A DNA stretch of 64,000 nucleotides from Macrostomum lignano (Eukaryota): assembly GCA_002269645.1 (NCBI GenBank), contig NIVC01000716.1, forward strand, positions 1 to 64,000, given 5' to 3'. Shown here piece after piece: positions 44,140 to 56,451 of the stretch (the first letter of the stretch is position 1; every line of letters begins with the position of its first letter). The notes under the pieces are model-generated. The model did no database searches and was not told the origin of the DNA. It saw only the letters and a list, made by a program, of their open reading frames with translations. A program made the translations under genes and the position numbers.

Positions 44140-44499
44140 AGCGGCGATGAACCCGTCTGAACTCGAAGCTTTAGCCCGTCGGCTCTTTAGTTACTAAACA
44201 TAATTTTAATAGATAGCTATGAACATATGATAGACCGGTAGCTAAGACCTCCTTGACTGAGAAATACAAGTTTCCTTCCGTCTTCATTATTAGTTATTAT
44301 CATCAGCCGCCATAACTGTTCAATTCCTTTATTGAACCCAATGTTTGAATTTGTTTCCTATCTTTAAGCGATGATTTATAAAGTTATAGGTTTTTTGTTT
44401 AAATTTTGGCTTTAAAATGAGCCACTCTAGTACTACATATACTACTATGCTGAATGAGTAGCATCCGTCGCTTTATCGAGGCGGATAATATTGCTTGGA

Positions 44500-44516
44500 A
44501 ATAAATATTAAATAAA
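44500..44516 (+). terminator. Candidate polyadenylation signals of ATP synthase beta (two AATAAA)
   Basis: AATAAA at 44500-05 and 44511-16, about 360 bp after the stop, with a T-rich stretch downstream. Confidence 0.55.
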
Positions 44517-44626
44517 ACCTGATAGCTCGAGGTTGCGCTTGTGACGGCTGCCAAGTCTTGGGCTCCAGTTGATTTATTTTAATTTTTTGCATGAATCGCT
44601 TAATCATTAGGCCACTCTTAGAATTG

Positions 44627-44818
44627 CATTAGAGCGATAGGACTTTATCATTAGGTCACTCTGAGTCGCACATTAGAGCAGTAGGACTTCATCATTAGGT
44701 CACTCTGAGTCGCACATTAGAGCAGTAGGACTTCATCATTAGGTCACTCTGAGTCGCACATTAGAGCAGTAGGACTTCATCATTAGGTCACTGAGTCGCA
44801 CATTAGAGCAGTAGGTCG
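44627..44818. repeat. Minisatellite, 44-bp unit, about 4 copies, between ATP synthase beta and g
   Basis: cattagagcagtaggacttcatcattaggtcactctgagtcgca. Confidence 0.92.
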
Positions 44819-44862
44819 CATTCCAAGCGCAATCGCCCACTCCATCGGCTCTCTCTGATGCG

Positions 44863-45192
44863 ATGAGCGCCCTGGTGAAGTCCGTGGCCTCGGCCACCCA
44901 GTCTGGCATCCGCAGCGCCGGCCCCAAGCTGTCGAAGTTTTGGCGATACGCCCGCGTCGAGCTGAAGCCGCCGACGCCCGCCGAGGTGCCGCAGATCTCG
45001 GCCGAGTTCGGCAAGTTGATGCAGGCTGCCAGGCGGCAGAACTGGCGCGAGCTGACGGTCGCCCAGTGCCTGGTGAGCACCGGAGTGGCGGTGGAGGTCG
45101 CCTGCTGGTTTTTCTTTGGCGAGATCATCGGCCGCCGGTCCATCATTGGCTACAGCCGCGTACCGCACGGCTTCCACGTGCACTCGCTGTGA
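44863..45192 (+). CDS. ATP5MG: Mitochondrial ATP synthase Fo subunit g (intronless, 109 aa)
   Basis: PKLSKFWRYARVELKPPTPAEVP..LTVAQCLVSTGVAVEVACWFFFGEIIGRRSIIGY matches the subunit g family signature, including the GxxxG-containing TM segment. Confidence 0.95.
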   Translation: MSALVKSVASATQSGIRSAGPKLSKFWRYARVELKPPTPAEVPQISAEFGKLMQAARRQNWRELTVAQCLVSTGVAVEVACWFFFGEIIGRRSIIGYSRVPHGFHVHSL

Positions 45193-46282
45193 GCCGCGGC
45201 TCTCGGACAGAACACTGACTCGAATAGTTTATAAACTTTACTACTGTGGATTTAGGTCGGTCCTGATTGCTCCATCTGCATTGATAGCACATCTGTGTAG
45301 TTTTAGAGAAATGTCCCTCGCAAACAAGTTTTAGAACTACTATATTTATCTCTGCTGTGTGTGGATCAGCCCTACTGCACATCAACTTCAGATAATCCTA
45401 GCCTTAAACTTCGTAGTCCTGCTGACCATCTGAATAATTTCGCTTGCTGTCAGTTTTGCGGCTTGCTGTCAAGCGCTACTGTACTGACTATCTATAGCTT
45501 CTCTCCAAATACACATCTGTTAAATAATCTAGACAAAGGGACACTCAAAATCAATTGAATTGTTAGAAATTAATTGGACAGTATGTTCTCCTGGAAATGA
45601 TACTAATTTGCTCCGTTTGAAGACTTGGGAGAATGCATCTTAAAAACCTTTTATAGTTTGTCCTCAGCTGCAACTCGGTTCGTTTGGCTGAAATTTTTTA
45701 CTAAAATGCCTTAAGTCTTATGCCCCTATACGTGTTCTTGGTGTTGGCTCTTGATGCTCTCGTCGGCATTCGCTCTGGCGTTGTGCTATGCAGCAAGTTT
45801 TCAGCGAGAAGGGCAGCTTGATTGCCTTTTGGAAGCGCTCCCATCGTTGTAGGCCGTTCTGGTCACACCAACTTCTCCATCTTGACTAGCGTTGGTTCCT
45901 CTGTGCGACACAGGAAACTGAGTCTAGGTCCAGTCAGTCTGCTTTGATATATTACCCCCATCGATGCGAAAGGGTCCAGCACTTAAAATCAGGTTCCTAG
46001 TTCTCAGGTACACAATGATCCTGCCTCGTCGGCCTGTAACTTGCCGCCTAATAGGACTGATGAAGAGTGAAGACAAAACAAAAACTGTCCAAAAAGGTCA
46101 ATTGACTCGGTCTATCGTGATGCTAGTTTATTCAACCAGATGTGAGGGCTGAAGTGAACAAATCAAGTACTCTGAGCGCTATACTATCTGCATCTGGATA
46201 GCTGTTACAATTGGTCTTGCAAATGAACTGCTAATTCCCGAAGCACACGTTGCATGTGTCAGAACAGAAAGCTTGGTTCGTA

Positions 46283-48259
46283 TTATCCAAGAATATAAGC
46301 CACAGCTATGATTGCTTTTGGCTGCCGATTCGACTGTTTGGCCTTGGACTCGAACAGCGCATTCATGCAGAACTGCACCCACAGGTAGCTCTGCTGTTGT
46401 TGCTGTTTCTGCGGCATCCAGCCCACCGGCAGGGTAAGAGTCTGGCCCAGCTTCATCACTAAAATTAAAAACGAAAAGTCCAATAACTGAGTCTCGTAGG
46501 TACACAACAAAACAGGCTTGACTAAAAAACAATTCGTTGGGAAAGTTGACTGCGCATGAATTACCGTCTTGATGCGCGGATCGCACCGCTTCCAGGTGCT
46601 GCGGAAAGATGTACTGATACAGTGAGGACGGCACGCTGACGTTCATGTCCTGATTTGACCGTTTGCTGCAGGTGGTGTGTGGTACATTAAATCGCACTTC
46701 AAAAGCTTTAAAGAAACATGATACAAGCTGGATCAAGCCTTCCTAACCTACCTGGTATCTCCTAGAACGATGCAGAAGTTTTCGTCCAGCCGTAGCACGC
46801 AGCTGTTCGCTGGCAGGTAGAGCTCGCTCAGAGCCAGCGAAGGTAACGCGGTTGCCAGGGCAACAAGGCCAAGCGGCTGTCCGCTACCAGCATCCACGCG
46901 ACGCTGGCAGTGCAGCTGAACTGTCTGGAATCAAATTTTAACGATTGAAGATAGAAACGCAGTACATGGCAGGTTTATATACTCGTACGCAGGAAGTTCC
47001 TCCAACAGCACCGAAGGCTCACCCTGTAGCCGGATATTGGCACCTGGGCGTTGCGCTTGCCAAGATTGGATCGAAGACGGACGCAGATATTCTCCATGGA
47101 CAAGGCTACTAAAAATGCAGGAAATTGCTACAATTGGAACTCAGAGCTCAATGAAAGCTTATTTTCCATGCAACTAGTTGGTGTCGGGTCATACTGGGTG
47201 TTGCATCGTGTTTTTCCCAGAGAACCTGGGCCCACAGCAGTGACTAACCGTGCTCGTCTCGGGCGCGCCCCATCAGCTTCTCAGTGTGGTCGATGAGGCC
47301 CGCGTGGTCGGCTGTGTGCACGTAGCCCACCAGGTCATTGCCGGTCATGTCCACCTGCGACTGGCCCAGGAAAATGGACACGGTCTCGGAGATGTACAAG
47401 ATGGTCAGATCGGTGCCCAGAATCATGAGAAAGCCGTCCACTGCCTGCAGGATGAGCCCGCCAAGATCGGGCGCCTCCGGCTGCTTCAGTTTTTTCTCCT
47501 CTTCGTCGGGCTTGCGGCACCAGCTGGGCAGGCCCGTGCTTGACAGCTGGCGCAGCTTCAAGTAGCTGACCGCCAACCGGATGACGGAGGCCTTGTCCAG
47601 CTGGCGGGCGATCTCCGGGTGCAGAGGCAGCAGCCGGGCCACGGCCAGGAATTCTAAGTTCTCCCGGCCGCGTCTGTGCCGGGCCGCGTCCCGCGACTTC
47701 TCACGTTTCGCGTCGACTGGAGCGCTGGAGCGTGTTTTGGTAGTGGTAAGGGACCTGCGCCTTGTACTGTACCAAGGACGGCCTACATTTAACAAGTACA
47801 AACTGTCAGTAACAGAAACCTCCATGCTTCTCAAACTAAATGCTCCTGGGTTGTTGATTCTACCTGAATCGTTGTTTACCAATGTCCCTTTCGCACGAGT
47901 TTGAATTGGGTTTCGGTTACGGGTAACAAGCGGAATTTGACAGCTGCCCAAATCGTCTATTAGCTACTGTATTGAATAATCAAAATTTCTCTTAAAGAAT
48001 CTCACCAAGTACCGTCCCCAGGAAAACAGTCAAACTCCTGGGCCGCACAGCCTGACTGGCCAAATGAAAACTGTTGCTGCTGCGCCGGTTGCTGCTGCTG
48101 CTGATGCAGCGGCAGAGTCCAGCCGCTCTGCTGGTAAAGGTATTCTCCACTAGGGGAGTTCACAGCAGCTGCCGCAGCCGCTGCTGCTGCAGTCACGGCG
48201 GCAGCCGCTGACGGGAAGGAGAAATCCATGCCAGCTTCAGACCTCCTTTTCTGCAACAT
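46283..48259 (-). CDS. bHLH-PAS transcription factor, trachealess/NPAS1/NPAS3-type (6 exons, about 430 aa)
   Basis: Exons 48006-48259, 47249-47754, 47023-47105, 46752-46924, 46565-46665, 46283-46458, phase-consistent. bHLH KREKSRDAARHRRGRENLEF..LDKASVIRLAVSYLKLR..GLPSW; PAS-A LQAVDGF..LYISETVSIFLGQSQVDMTG; NLGKRNAQVPISGYR; GLVALATALP; PAS-B LYQYIFPQHLEAVRSAHQD..YLWVQ. The first exon and start codon are less certain. Confidence 0.88.
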
Positions 48260-49574
48260 TTACTTCTGCTGATTCTGAAGCTGCCGCAGAGCAGCGCTTT
48301 TGAATCCTCGCAGCCCGTGAGCCCCCCGCCCCACCTCCGCCTCGTCCCCATCCGGCGGCAAAGCTTTGCTAGCTTCTACCGGATCAGAAATTTCTAGAAA
48401 AGAGCCGGGTAGAGAGAGTCTGCCGGGACCAAAAGCAGAAGATTGAAGTCGCAACACTGTGAGGGTTGCGAAATCCCGCGAGAGGGGTCGCCTCCTCCGC
48501 GGCCCCTCCTCAGCCCGCGCTGCCTGGGCGCGTAACAATTGAATTGTAAATGAGATTCGCTGCGACACTGAGAAGACTCGAATGGCGCTCAGCCCAACCC
48601 CCCGCTGCGTGCGGCAGCTGCTGGAGACGCCTCTTCGGAATGCCTAATGAGCGGCCTGTTGGCGGGAGACCCCAGCGGGCCGCCGAGCTGATCACTGTCA
48701 CTCTGCCCCTGTTTCTAATCCAATTAATTAGTTTTTAACACCGCGCCAGCCAGTCAGGTGGCCCGCGGCCGATCGCAGCCCCGCATCGATCGCGGTGTCG
48801 CTCCAGTGCGAGTAGAGACCGGCTCCAGCCTCTGATGCCAGATTTGGCCGGGAATATTCGGAGAGCTCGATGTCGCATCTCGGGCTGAGGGGGGGGGGCA
48901 GAGTCGCGCCGAGCTAATTAATTCCCAGCCGCCGCCAACGAAAAACTCCTCGAAATTTTTTCACAGCTTCTTTCGGCCGAGATTCCCAGCGGAATTCCGA
49001 CGAACCATGAAACTGGGAAGTGGGAAAATTTTAAGCTGCCGTGACTCACTGCATTGAGTGCGTAGGGATTGGGGTGTCGGAGAAGCGAGGTCCCTGCCAG
49101 CACTCGATACCAGAGCCTGCTACTTGTGCTCAGTGTCGCATTTGATTGATTGGAATGAACAACATTTATTTGCTGACCTGAGGCGGTTATGTTTTGTTAA
49201 AATCGATTTTAAGCACCCCTGCCCTTCCATTCCATCATAGTCTTAGTTCTGTGCCTGAACTAAAATTACGAAATGAAGATGACTGTATAGAAACTATTGA
49301 CTATTTCCAACACTGGGCTAATAGTAGTATCTTGCAGGTGTTGTTTAAACTGAGCTTGCAATTCATTGTATATCGCGATCCGTACTCGATCGCAGATCTA
49401 CTGACTTAACAACTGTAGCGGCAAATTCTGAAAGTAGAGTACACTGAGAACTGCATATTACCACGCCCTGATGTCAATTTCAACAGCCCACTCAAGACAC
49501 TGGCGACAAGACAAGACAATGGCTTCCAATCTAACACAGGATGCCCCCGCAACCTCAAGACTCTGGCGCCCTCA

Positions 49575-51170
49575 CCCTAGACACTGCCCCCCCCCCACCC
49601 AAGAAACTAGTGCGCCCACGATCCCTAGACACTGCCCCCCACCCAAGAAACTAGTGCCCCCACGATCCCTAGACACTGCCCCCCCCACCCAAGAAACTAG
49701 TGCCCCCACGATCCCTAGACACTGCCCCCCCCACCCAAGAAACTAGTGCCCCCACGATCCCTAGACACTGCCCCCCCCCACCCAAGAAACTAGTGCCCCC
49801 ACGATCCCTAGACACTGCCCCCCCCACCCAAGAAACTAGTGCCCCCACGATCCCTAGACACTGCCCCCCCCCACCCAAGAAACTAGTGCCCCCACGATCC
49901 CTAGACACTGCCCCCCTCCCAAGAAACTAGTGCCCCCACGATCCCTAGACACTGCCCCCCCCCACCCAAGAAACTAGTGCCCCCACGATCCCTAGACACT
50001 GCCCCCCCACCCAAGAAACTAGTGCCCCACGATCCCTAGACACTGCCCCCTCCCAAGAAACTAGTGCCCCACGATCCCTAGACACTGCCCCCCACCCAAG
50101 AAACTAGTGCCCCTACGATCCCTAGACACTGCCCCCCACCCAAGAAACAACTGCCCCCACGATCCCTAGACACTGCCCCCCCCACCCAAGAAACTAGTGC
50201 CCCCACGATCCCTAGACACTGCCCCCCCACCCAAGAAACTAGTGCCCCCACGATCCCTAGACACTGCCCCCCCCACCCAAGAAACTAGTGCCCCCACGAT
50301 CTCTAGACACTGCCCCCCCCCCCCCAAGAAACTAGTGCCCCCACGATCCCTAAACACTGCCCCCCCCCAAGAAACTAGTGCCCCCACGATCCCTAGACAC
50401 TGCCCCCTCCCAAGAAACTAGTGCCCCCACGATCCCTAGACACTGCCCCCCCCCACCCAAGAAACTAGTGCCCCTACGATCCCTAGACACTGCCCCCCAC
50501 CCAAGAAACAACTGCCCCCACGATCCCTAGACACTGCCCCCCACCCAAGAAACTAGTGCCCCCACGATCCCTAGACACTGCCCCCCCCACCCAAGAAACT
50601 AGTGCCCCCACGATCCCTAGACACTGCCCCCCCACCCAAGAAACTAGTGCCCCCACGATCTCTAGACACTGCCCCCCCCACCCAAGAAACTAGTGCCCCC
50701 ACGATCCCTAGACACTGCCCCCCCCCCACCCAAGAAACTAGTGCCCCCACGATCCCTAGACACTGCCCCCCACCCAAGAAACTAGTGCCCCCACGATCTC
50801 TAGACACTGCCCCCCCACCCAAGAAACTAGTGCCCCCACGATCCCTAGACACTGCCCCCCCCCCACCCAAGAAACTAGTGCCCCCACGATCCCTAGACAC
50901 TGCCCCCCCCAAGAAACTAGTGCCCCCACGATCCCTAGACACTGCCCCCCACCCAAGAAACTAGTGCCCCCACGATCCCTAGACACTGCCCCCCACCCAA
51001 GAAACTAGTGCCCCTACGATCCCTAGACACTGCCCCCCACCCAAGAAACTAGTGCCCCCACGATTCCTAGACACTGCCCCCCCCAAGAAACTAGTGCCCC
51101 TACGATCCCTAGACACTGCCCCCCACCCAAGAAACTAGTGCCCCCACGATCCCAAGACACTGCCCCCCCC
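49575..51170. repeat. C-rich minisatellite, about 44-bp unit (cccaagaaactagtgcccccacgatccctagacactgccccccca), about 35 copies
   Basis: Direct; C-run lengths vary between copies. Confidence 0.97.
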
Positions 51171-51499
51171 CAAGCCGCTGGCGCCCCCACTCCAGTGCAT
51201 GTCTAGACAAAGTTTATCTGTTTTCCTCCCCTCCCCATCAGCGGCCGCAGCGGCCTGCCTTGTCGCGAGGCTTCTGGCGTGGCAAGGAACCGAAAATCCG
51301 CAACTCGCCCCTCCAGCCGCCCTAAAATTGGCATCAGCATTGGGAAGCCTCGGGGAGCAGCGGGATAATAATCCCATAGTGGACAGTAAGGCATCAGGAG
51401 GGCTCGTGAGAACTGAAATTGGAAGTGGAATCCTGCCAGTTGACATTATCCCGGCCTGATTGCATTATATGCACCGGGCGCGCAGAGACCGCAGCCGGC

Positions 51500-51845
51500 A
51501 CTGAAGGTCATTTGCAAACCTTCCCCACACCGGGCCTTTCCCGCCGATGCGAATTTCTTTCAGCCACGCGAGACCTCCGCGAGTCACAAAGGCTGTGGGG
51601 GTTGGGTGGCTCCACGGGCTGCTTATAGGCCTGAGCTGAGCAGTCTCTGAGGCAGAAGAAAGAAGAGAAGCAGCTGAGACAGAAGAGAGCGGTAAACAGG
51701 GGGAGAAACGGGAGGCCATTGGACTGCCTCAGCTGGGCAAACAGAGCGAAAAAACAAAGCAAACGCAACAGAGCGGAGGAGGCTGGAGGGACAGACCCGG
51801 GCTGTTCAGCTTGCTGACGAGGTTCCTTCATCACTCGACAGACAG
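51500..51845 (+). other. Candidate non-coding 5' exon of the plus-strand gene (left boundary undefined)
   Basis: Purine-rich unique sequence ending in a consensus donor GACAG|GTGAGT; the link to the downstream exons is inferred. Confidence 0.35.
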
Positions 51846-52743
51846 GTGAGTGAGCATTGATACTCTTGCATCTCTTCGCCTGCGTCTGGGTTACTGCGTT
51901 GCCTCAGCGAGACTGCGATATAGCAAATTGAAGGTATCGCAAAGGAAGAAAAACTTGCTTAAAGATACAAAAGAGAGACAGAGTTCATCTTAAGTGGGAT
52001 GCTGCTGAGAATGAGGTGGCTTAGTGTACTGTCCCATGACCTTTTAGCCCTGCGGGTATATAATGGCGCCCTTTAATTCCAAGCTCTCGTTACGGCCCGC
52101 TAATTAACATTATCCACCTGCTATTTGCGGGGCAGATAATGAGGTTTCGGCCATAGACATGTCTTTGTCCCGTTTTTGCCTTACTCGTGTGAAATATTTC
52201 TTTGGGCGGTATTTCTACAGTGTATTGGACTTCTCTCCCTCTGAGAGGAGAGACAGCTGATAGATTCAACAAAAGTTCAACAACAATGGATTGGGACAAA
52301 AAAGTCTATGGCACAAACGTTAACACCCATGCTTTGCGGGTGTTGATGAAAAATCCTCCGGCGCCGTATTAATGGTATATTGTAACATGACATTTTAGCC
52401 CGGCGGGCACTTAATGTAACGACGCGATATATACAGATTTTTTCGGCAGCAATTTCGTAAGCTGAAGCCGCGTAGCGGCTAGAGCTTAGTAAAACAATTG
52501 CTGCCGTGAAAGAATCCGTCTATGTCGTTATTGTACCCTTTTGCATGAAATTTATTGTTGCCGGATTTCTAGTCAATTCTGCTGTCTATGGCACTTTGAA
52601 AGAGCAGTAAAGCTAATAGTCAGTCGTCTATGGTACGAGTAGTTGGAAAGGACAGTGAAGACGACTCGCCTATCTGTCATAAATAATTCTCTAGTGGATT
52701 TTTCAGCTTTCAATTAAATTACCAATAGAAAAAGGAGCTACAT

Positions 52744-53170
52744 GTGTGTCCGTTTCGCTACAAAAACCCTGGCGGAGAAAATGTGGACTCTCCACGGACG
52801 AGTTGGCTTTTGTCAATCGAGAGTCGAGCAGTCGCTTTTCTGGAGAATAACAACTTGGATGCGTCGTTTATTACCGAAGTGCTGCCTGAGCTGACTAGCG
52901 AAGATCTACAAATGCTGCACCGGATTGAGAATGAATCTGCGCCGAAATCGACCGAGACTCAACAAAAACTTTACGTGGCAAGGTTCCGTCAGTTCCTCAA
53001 CGAGAAGGGGGTCACCAGGAGTCTAAAGCGCGTGCCGGGTCGATTCCTGAACGATAGTCTAAGGCTTTTCTATTCGTCTCTTTAAAAGCAGGATGGAGCA
53101 CACTACGCGCCGAAGTCTTTTATCTGTTTTCGTGCGGCAATTCAACGGCACCTGCACTGGAACCCGTCCG
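52744..53170 (+). mobile_element. Second Crypton-like pseudogene fragment
   Basis: NESAPKSTETQQKLYVARFRQFL..LNDSLRLFYSSL*KQDGAHYAPKSFICFRAAIQRHL; stop at 53083 with homology continuing in frame. Confidence 0.65.
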
Positions 53171-53979
53171 TCAATCGCCAGGTGAACAGATTACTGGAGA
53201 ATCATTCGAGTGTTGAAACGGAGTTCTTGTCGAACTTATATGTGACAGAAAAATAATACTACTCCTCTTGTTGTTTTTGTTGTGCGTCATTGTCAGGTTT
53301 CGATTCTTTTCTATGGCCAAATGCATCAGTTAATTTTCTGTTAATTGAATTGTTGCCGAGAGGATCACTGCCGAAAACCATAGACAAAAGGGTACAATCA
53401 ATCCCTTTAATACCATAGACTACATTTAAGCCCACATAAATAGAAAAAAATGTACAAGTCAAAACTTTCATTAAATGCCCGCTAATTTGCGGGCAGTTTA
53501 ACAACAGTTTCACATATAATTGGGGACAGCTTCGTTCTCATCTGTTCAAAGTGTCTATGGTTGCAATGTGCGGCTTCGCCCCCACACCCCCACTTTCCCC
53601 GCTCTTTCATTCTTCCTCTCTCAGCCTTGCCGAGCAAAAATGTCTATGGCGCTATAACAGTAAAACCTCGGGCATCCTCCGATTTCGTCCTCTGCCCTTA
53701 AAGCATGGGTATTAATCTAAATATACTAAATCTCTAAGGTTTGTATGTTTGTCCATAACGCTCTGGTTAATATACTATTGCTCGTTGAGTATTGCACAGC
53801 CGTTGATGGTTGCCAGGTTGTGAGTTATACTCTGAAAAGTGACAGAAAGATTTAATAAATTAGAACAACACAGGTCAATGTGAATCGATTGCTTGATGTG
53901 AAGACGAGGTTTTCCCGCAGGGTTTTTACAGTTGGAATTTCAAGTCAAATCCGGTCTATAGACAATTCTGGACAAAATA

Positions 53980-54260
53980 GAACTAGCCTAGACTAGGCTA
54001 GGCTAGGCTAGACTAGACATAAACTAGACTAGATTAAAAACTAGACTAGATTAGAACTAGGCTAGACTAGATTTCAAATCCGAAAACTTCGGCGGTAAAA
54101 ACTCTCGCGGGAAAACCTCCAGCGGGGAAACCTCGCTGAGGGAAATCTCGGCGGGAAAAGCTCAACGGGGAAATCTCGGCGGGAAAAGCTCGGCGGGGAA
54201 ATCTCGGCGGGAAAAGCTCGCGCGGGCAGACCTCGGCGGGAAAACTTCATGCGGGAAATT
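53980..54260. repeat. (CTAGA/CTAGG)n tract 53980-54075 and a GCGGGAAA-containing repeat 54090-54260
   Basis: Direct imperfect tandem copies. Confidence 0.85.
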
Positions 54261-55676
54261 CTCATAGACCAATATTACCACCGAGCGTAACCCCAACCCA
54301 GTCTTAACCCTAACCCTTGTTTTGTTTGAAAAACGCCAAGTCAATGAATTATGGTTTGAAATTAAGCTATATTTTAGCGGCAGCGCGCTCCTAGGGCCTT
54401 GTGTTCCTAAATGAAAAGATTCGAAGCTTAGCAAACAAAGGAGAGTACCGTATCGCGTCGCATAAACCATAGACTATTTCCGAAGTAGAAGTCTATACTT
54501 TGCAGCAGTCATAGCAATACGCAACAACCCTAACCTTAACCCAACCCCAACCCCAACCCTAAGCACTTTCGCCACGCAGATGTTGCCTCAGAACCTGCGT
54601 GGCGAGAAAAATCCATTCAAGAACTACTGGACTCACTAGTGGTACTTGAATCTATCTAGAGAATTCCAGTTAGAAAGCAAATGCCGTTACTATAGGTGAG
54701 TTTACAGTAGCTCTGCGAGCTTCATGCTCTCCAGCCTCGTAAACGGGTATGACGCACGAGCGGCCTCGAAAGTTGCAAAATCTGTAATTTTGTCCTTAGA
54801 AATGCCTCCCTTTTGTAGTAAAATTCCAATATTTGCCCACTTTGAGGCTGCGCTGGAGGCCCGGGCTCCAATTAAGTCGCTGGGCTGAAACTTGACAGCC
54901 AGCGCCTCCTTTGTAATCTCCGTCAGCAAACAAAGCCGTGCTGAGTGCCTGTCTGTTGAGTGAGTGCTGGGAATAATGGGACAGAATCCCTCTCGAGGAT
55001 ATTGTGCAACTAAAGCAGTCTTCTTGGCAGATGTCACTCTCGGCTGCCAAGCATGCAAGGTGTCAGCTGTAAGCATTGAAAAATGGCTATGTAGGAAAGG
55101 TTGCGGCAGCTTGGAGTAAAATATGCATCATTGCTGCAAAAGGCTGACTCTTTCAGAAAGTATAACTTTTGCTTCACACCTGCATGTTTGCCGGTCTCCA
55201 GTACTGTTTTACAAAGCCAAATTTTGAAACCACCTCGGAGACAACACAAGCTGGCTTCGAAGAATCTTCAGAATTGCATAAAATGGAAAATTTTGTGCTA
55301 TTATCGGAAAAATTATCCTCTATTCTTGCAAAATATGATTCTACAAGTTAAAAGAGTTCTGTCCTCTTGCCACACCAGTGCTTCATGATAGTACTGTGAG
55401 TAATATAACAACAAAAGCTTTGATTCAAAAGGTCAAAATACTTTAATCCAGAGAAACAAAAGAACGCAGAACAAATTGTATTACATAGACAAGTTTTATT
55501 ATAATTTAAAATATGATCAGAGTCCCTTGCAGGCTAGTCTTGCTAATGGGATGTTAAGTGAGAGACTGGCTTAAGCAAAACAGGTGGATTGGGCGAGCCG
55601 AGCCAGCGATGCAGTGCCGCGTTCGCTTGGGCTTGGCTCGGCCTCATCAGTATAACTTTTTTCCCAGTTGGTCCGG

Positions 55677-56045
55677 CCATAGACTACAGAAATGTATTTA
55701 TTCTCCACTTGAGCCCGCAGCCAAAGGCTACAGAAATGTATTTATTCTCCACTTGAGCCCGCAGCCATAGACTACAGAAATGTATTTATTCTCCACTTGA
55801 GCCCGCAGCCATAGACTACAGAAATGTATTTATTCTTCACGTGAGCCCGCAGCCATAGACTACAGAAATGTATTTATTCTCCACGTGAGCGCGCAGCCAT
55901 AGACTACAGAAATGTATTTATTCTCCACTTTAGCCCGCGGCCATAGGCTACAGAAATGTATTTATTCTCCACTTGAGCCCGCAGCCATAGACTACAGAAA
56001 TGTATTTATTCTCCACTTGAGCCCTCGGCCATAGACTACAGGAAC
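55677..56045. repeat. Minisatellite, 44-bp unit starting with CCATAGAC, about 8 copies
   Basis: ccatagactacagaaatgtatttattctccacttgagcccgcag. Confidence 0.93.
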
Positions 56046-56451
56046 ATATTTATTTGGCCTGGCACAATAAAACGCCAAATAAATAAATCCATAGGGCGAT
56101 ACCAGGGGGTCTTTCTCCAAACTATTGTAAGTTCTATGGTAAGTGAAGGCGTAAGTCCGAACTTTGCGCTTGGCGTAAGACGGGTCGTAAAGCTGTTTCT
56201 CGAAGCTAACCTAGGGTTCTCGCAACTTACGCAGTTCGCAAGTTATCGCGAAGCGAAAAAATGTTGTCTATGGCCGAAGTGGGCAACGATCCCAATGTAC
56301 TGCTTTCTGTATCCGCGATTTTTTAAAACTTGTTAAGAGTTGCTTAGTTTATTTAGTTATTTAGTAAACGAGAAAGGTTAAAACGGTAGCATTAACATTA
56401 AGAAACACTGACATTGAAAGTTTTTGACATCGACGCACATATGTCCAGTGT

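Noticed and set aside
46179-46736. Stand-alone 185-aa ORF
   Set aside because: It contains one bHLH-PAS exon in frame (46565-46665); the next exon is in another frame
46851-46864. Near-perfect RFX X-box GTTGCCAGGGCAAC
   Set aside because: It lies in a coding exon (LVALAT codons) about 20 kb from the dynein start, so protein constraint explains it
54285-54565. Telomere or interstitial telomeric repeat (TAACCC-like)
   Set aside because: Only a few degenerate units; more likely an internal motif of a dispersed repeat
54700-55400. ORFs of 60-124 aa on both strands
   Set aside because: No recognisable domain or splice context; probably decayed repeat
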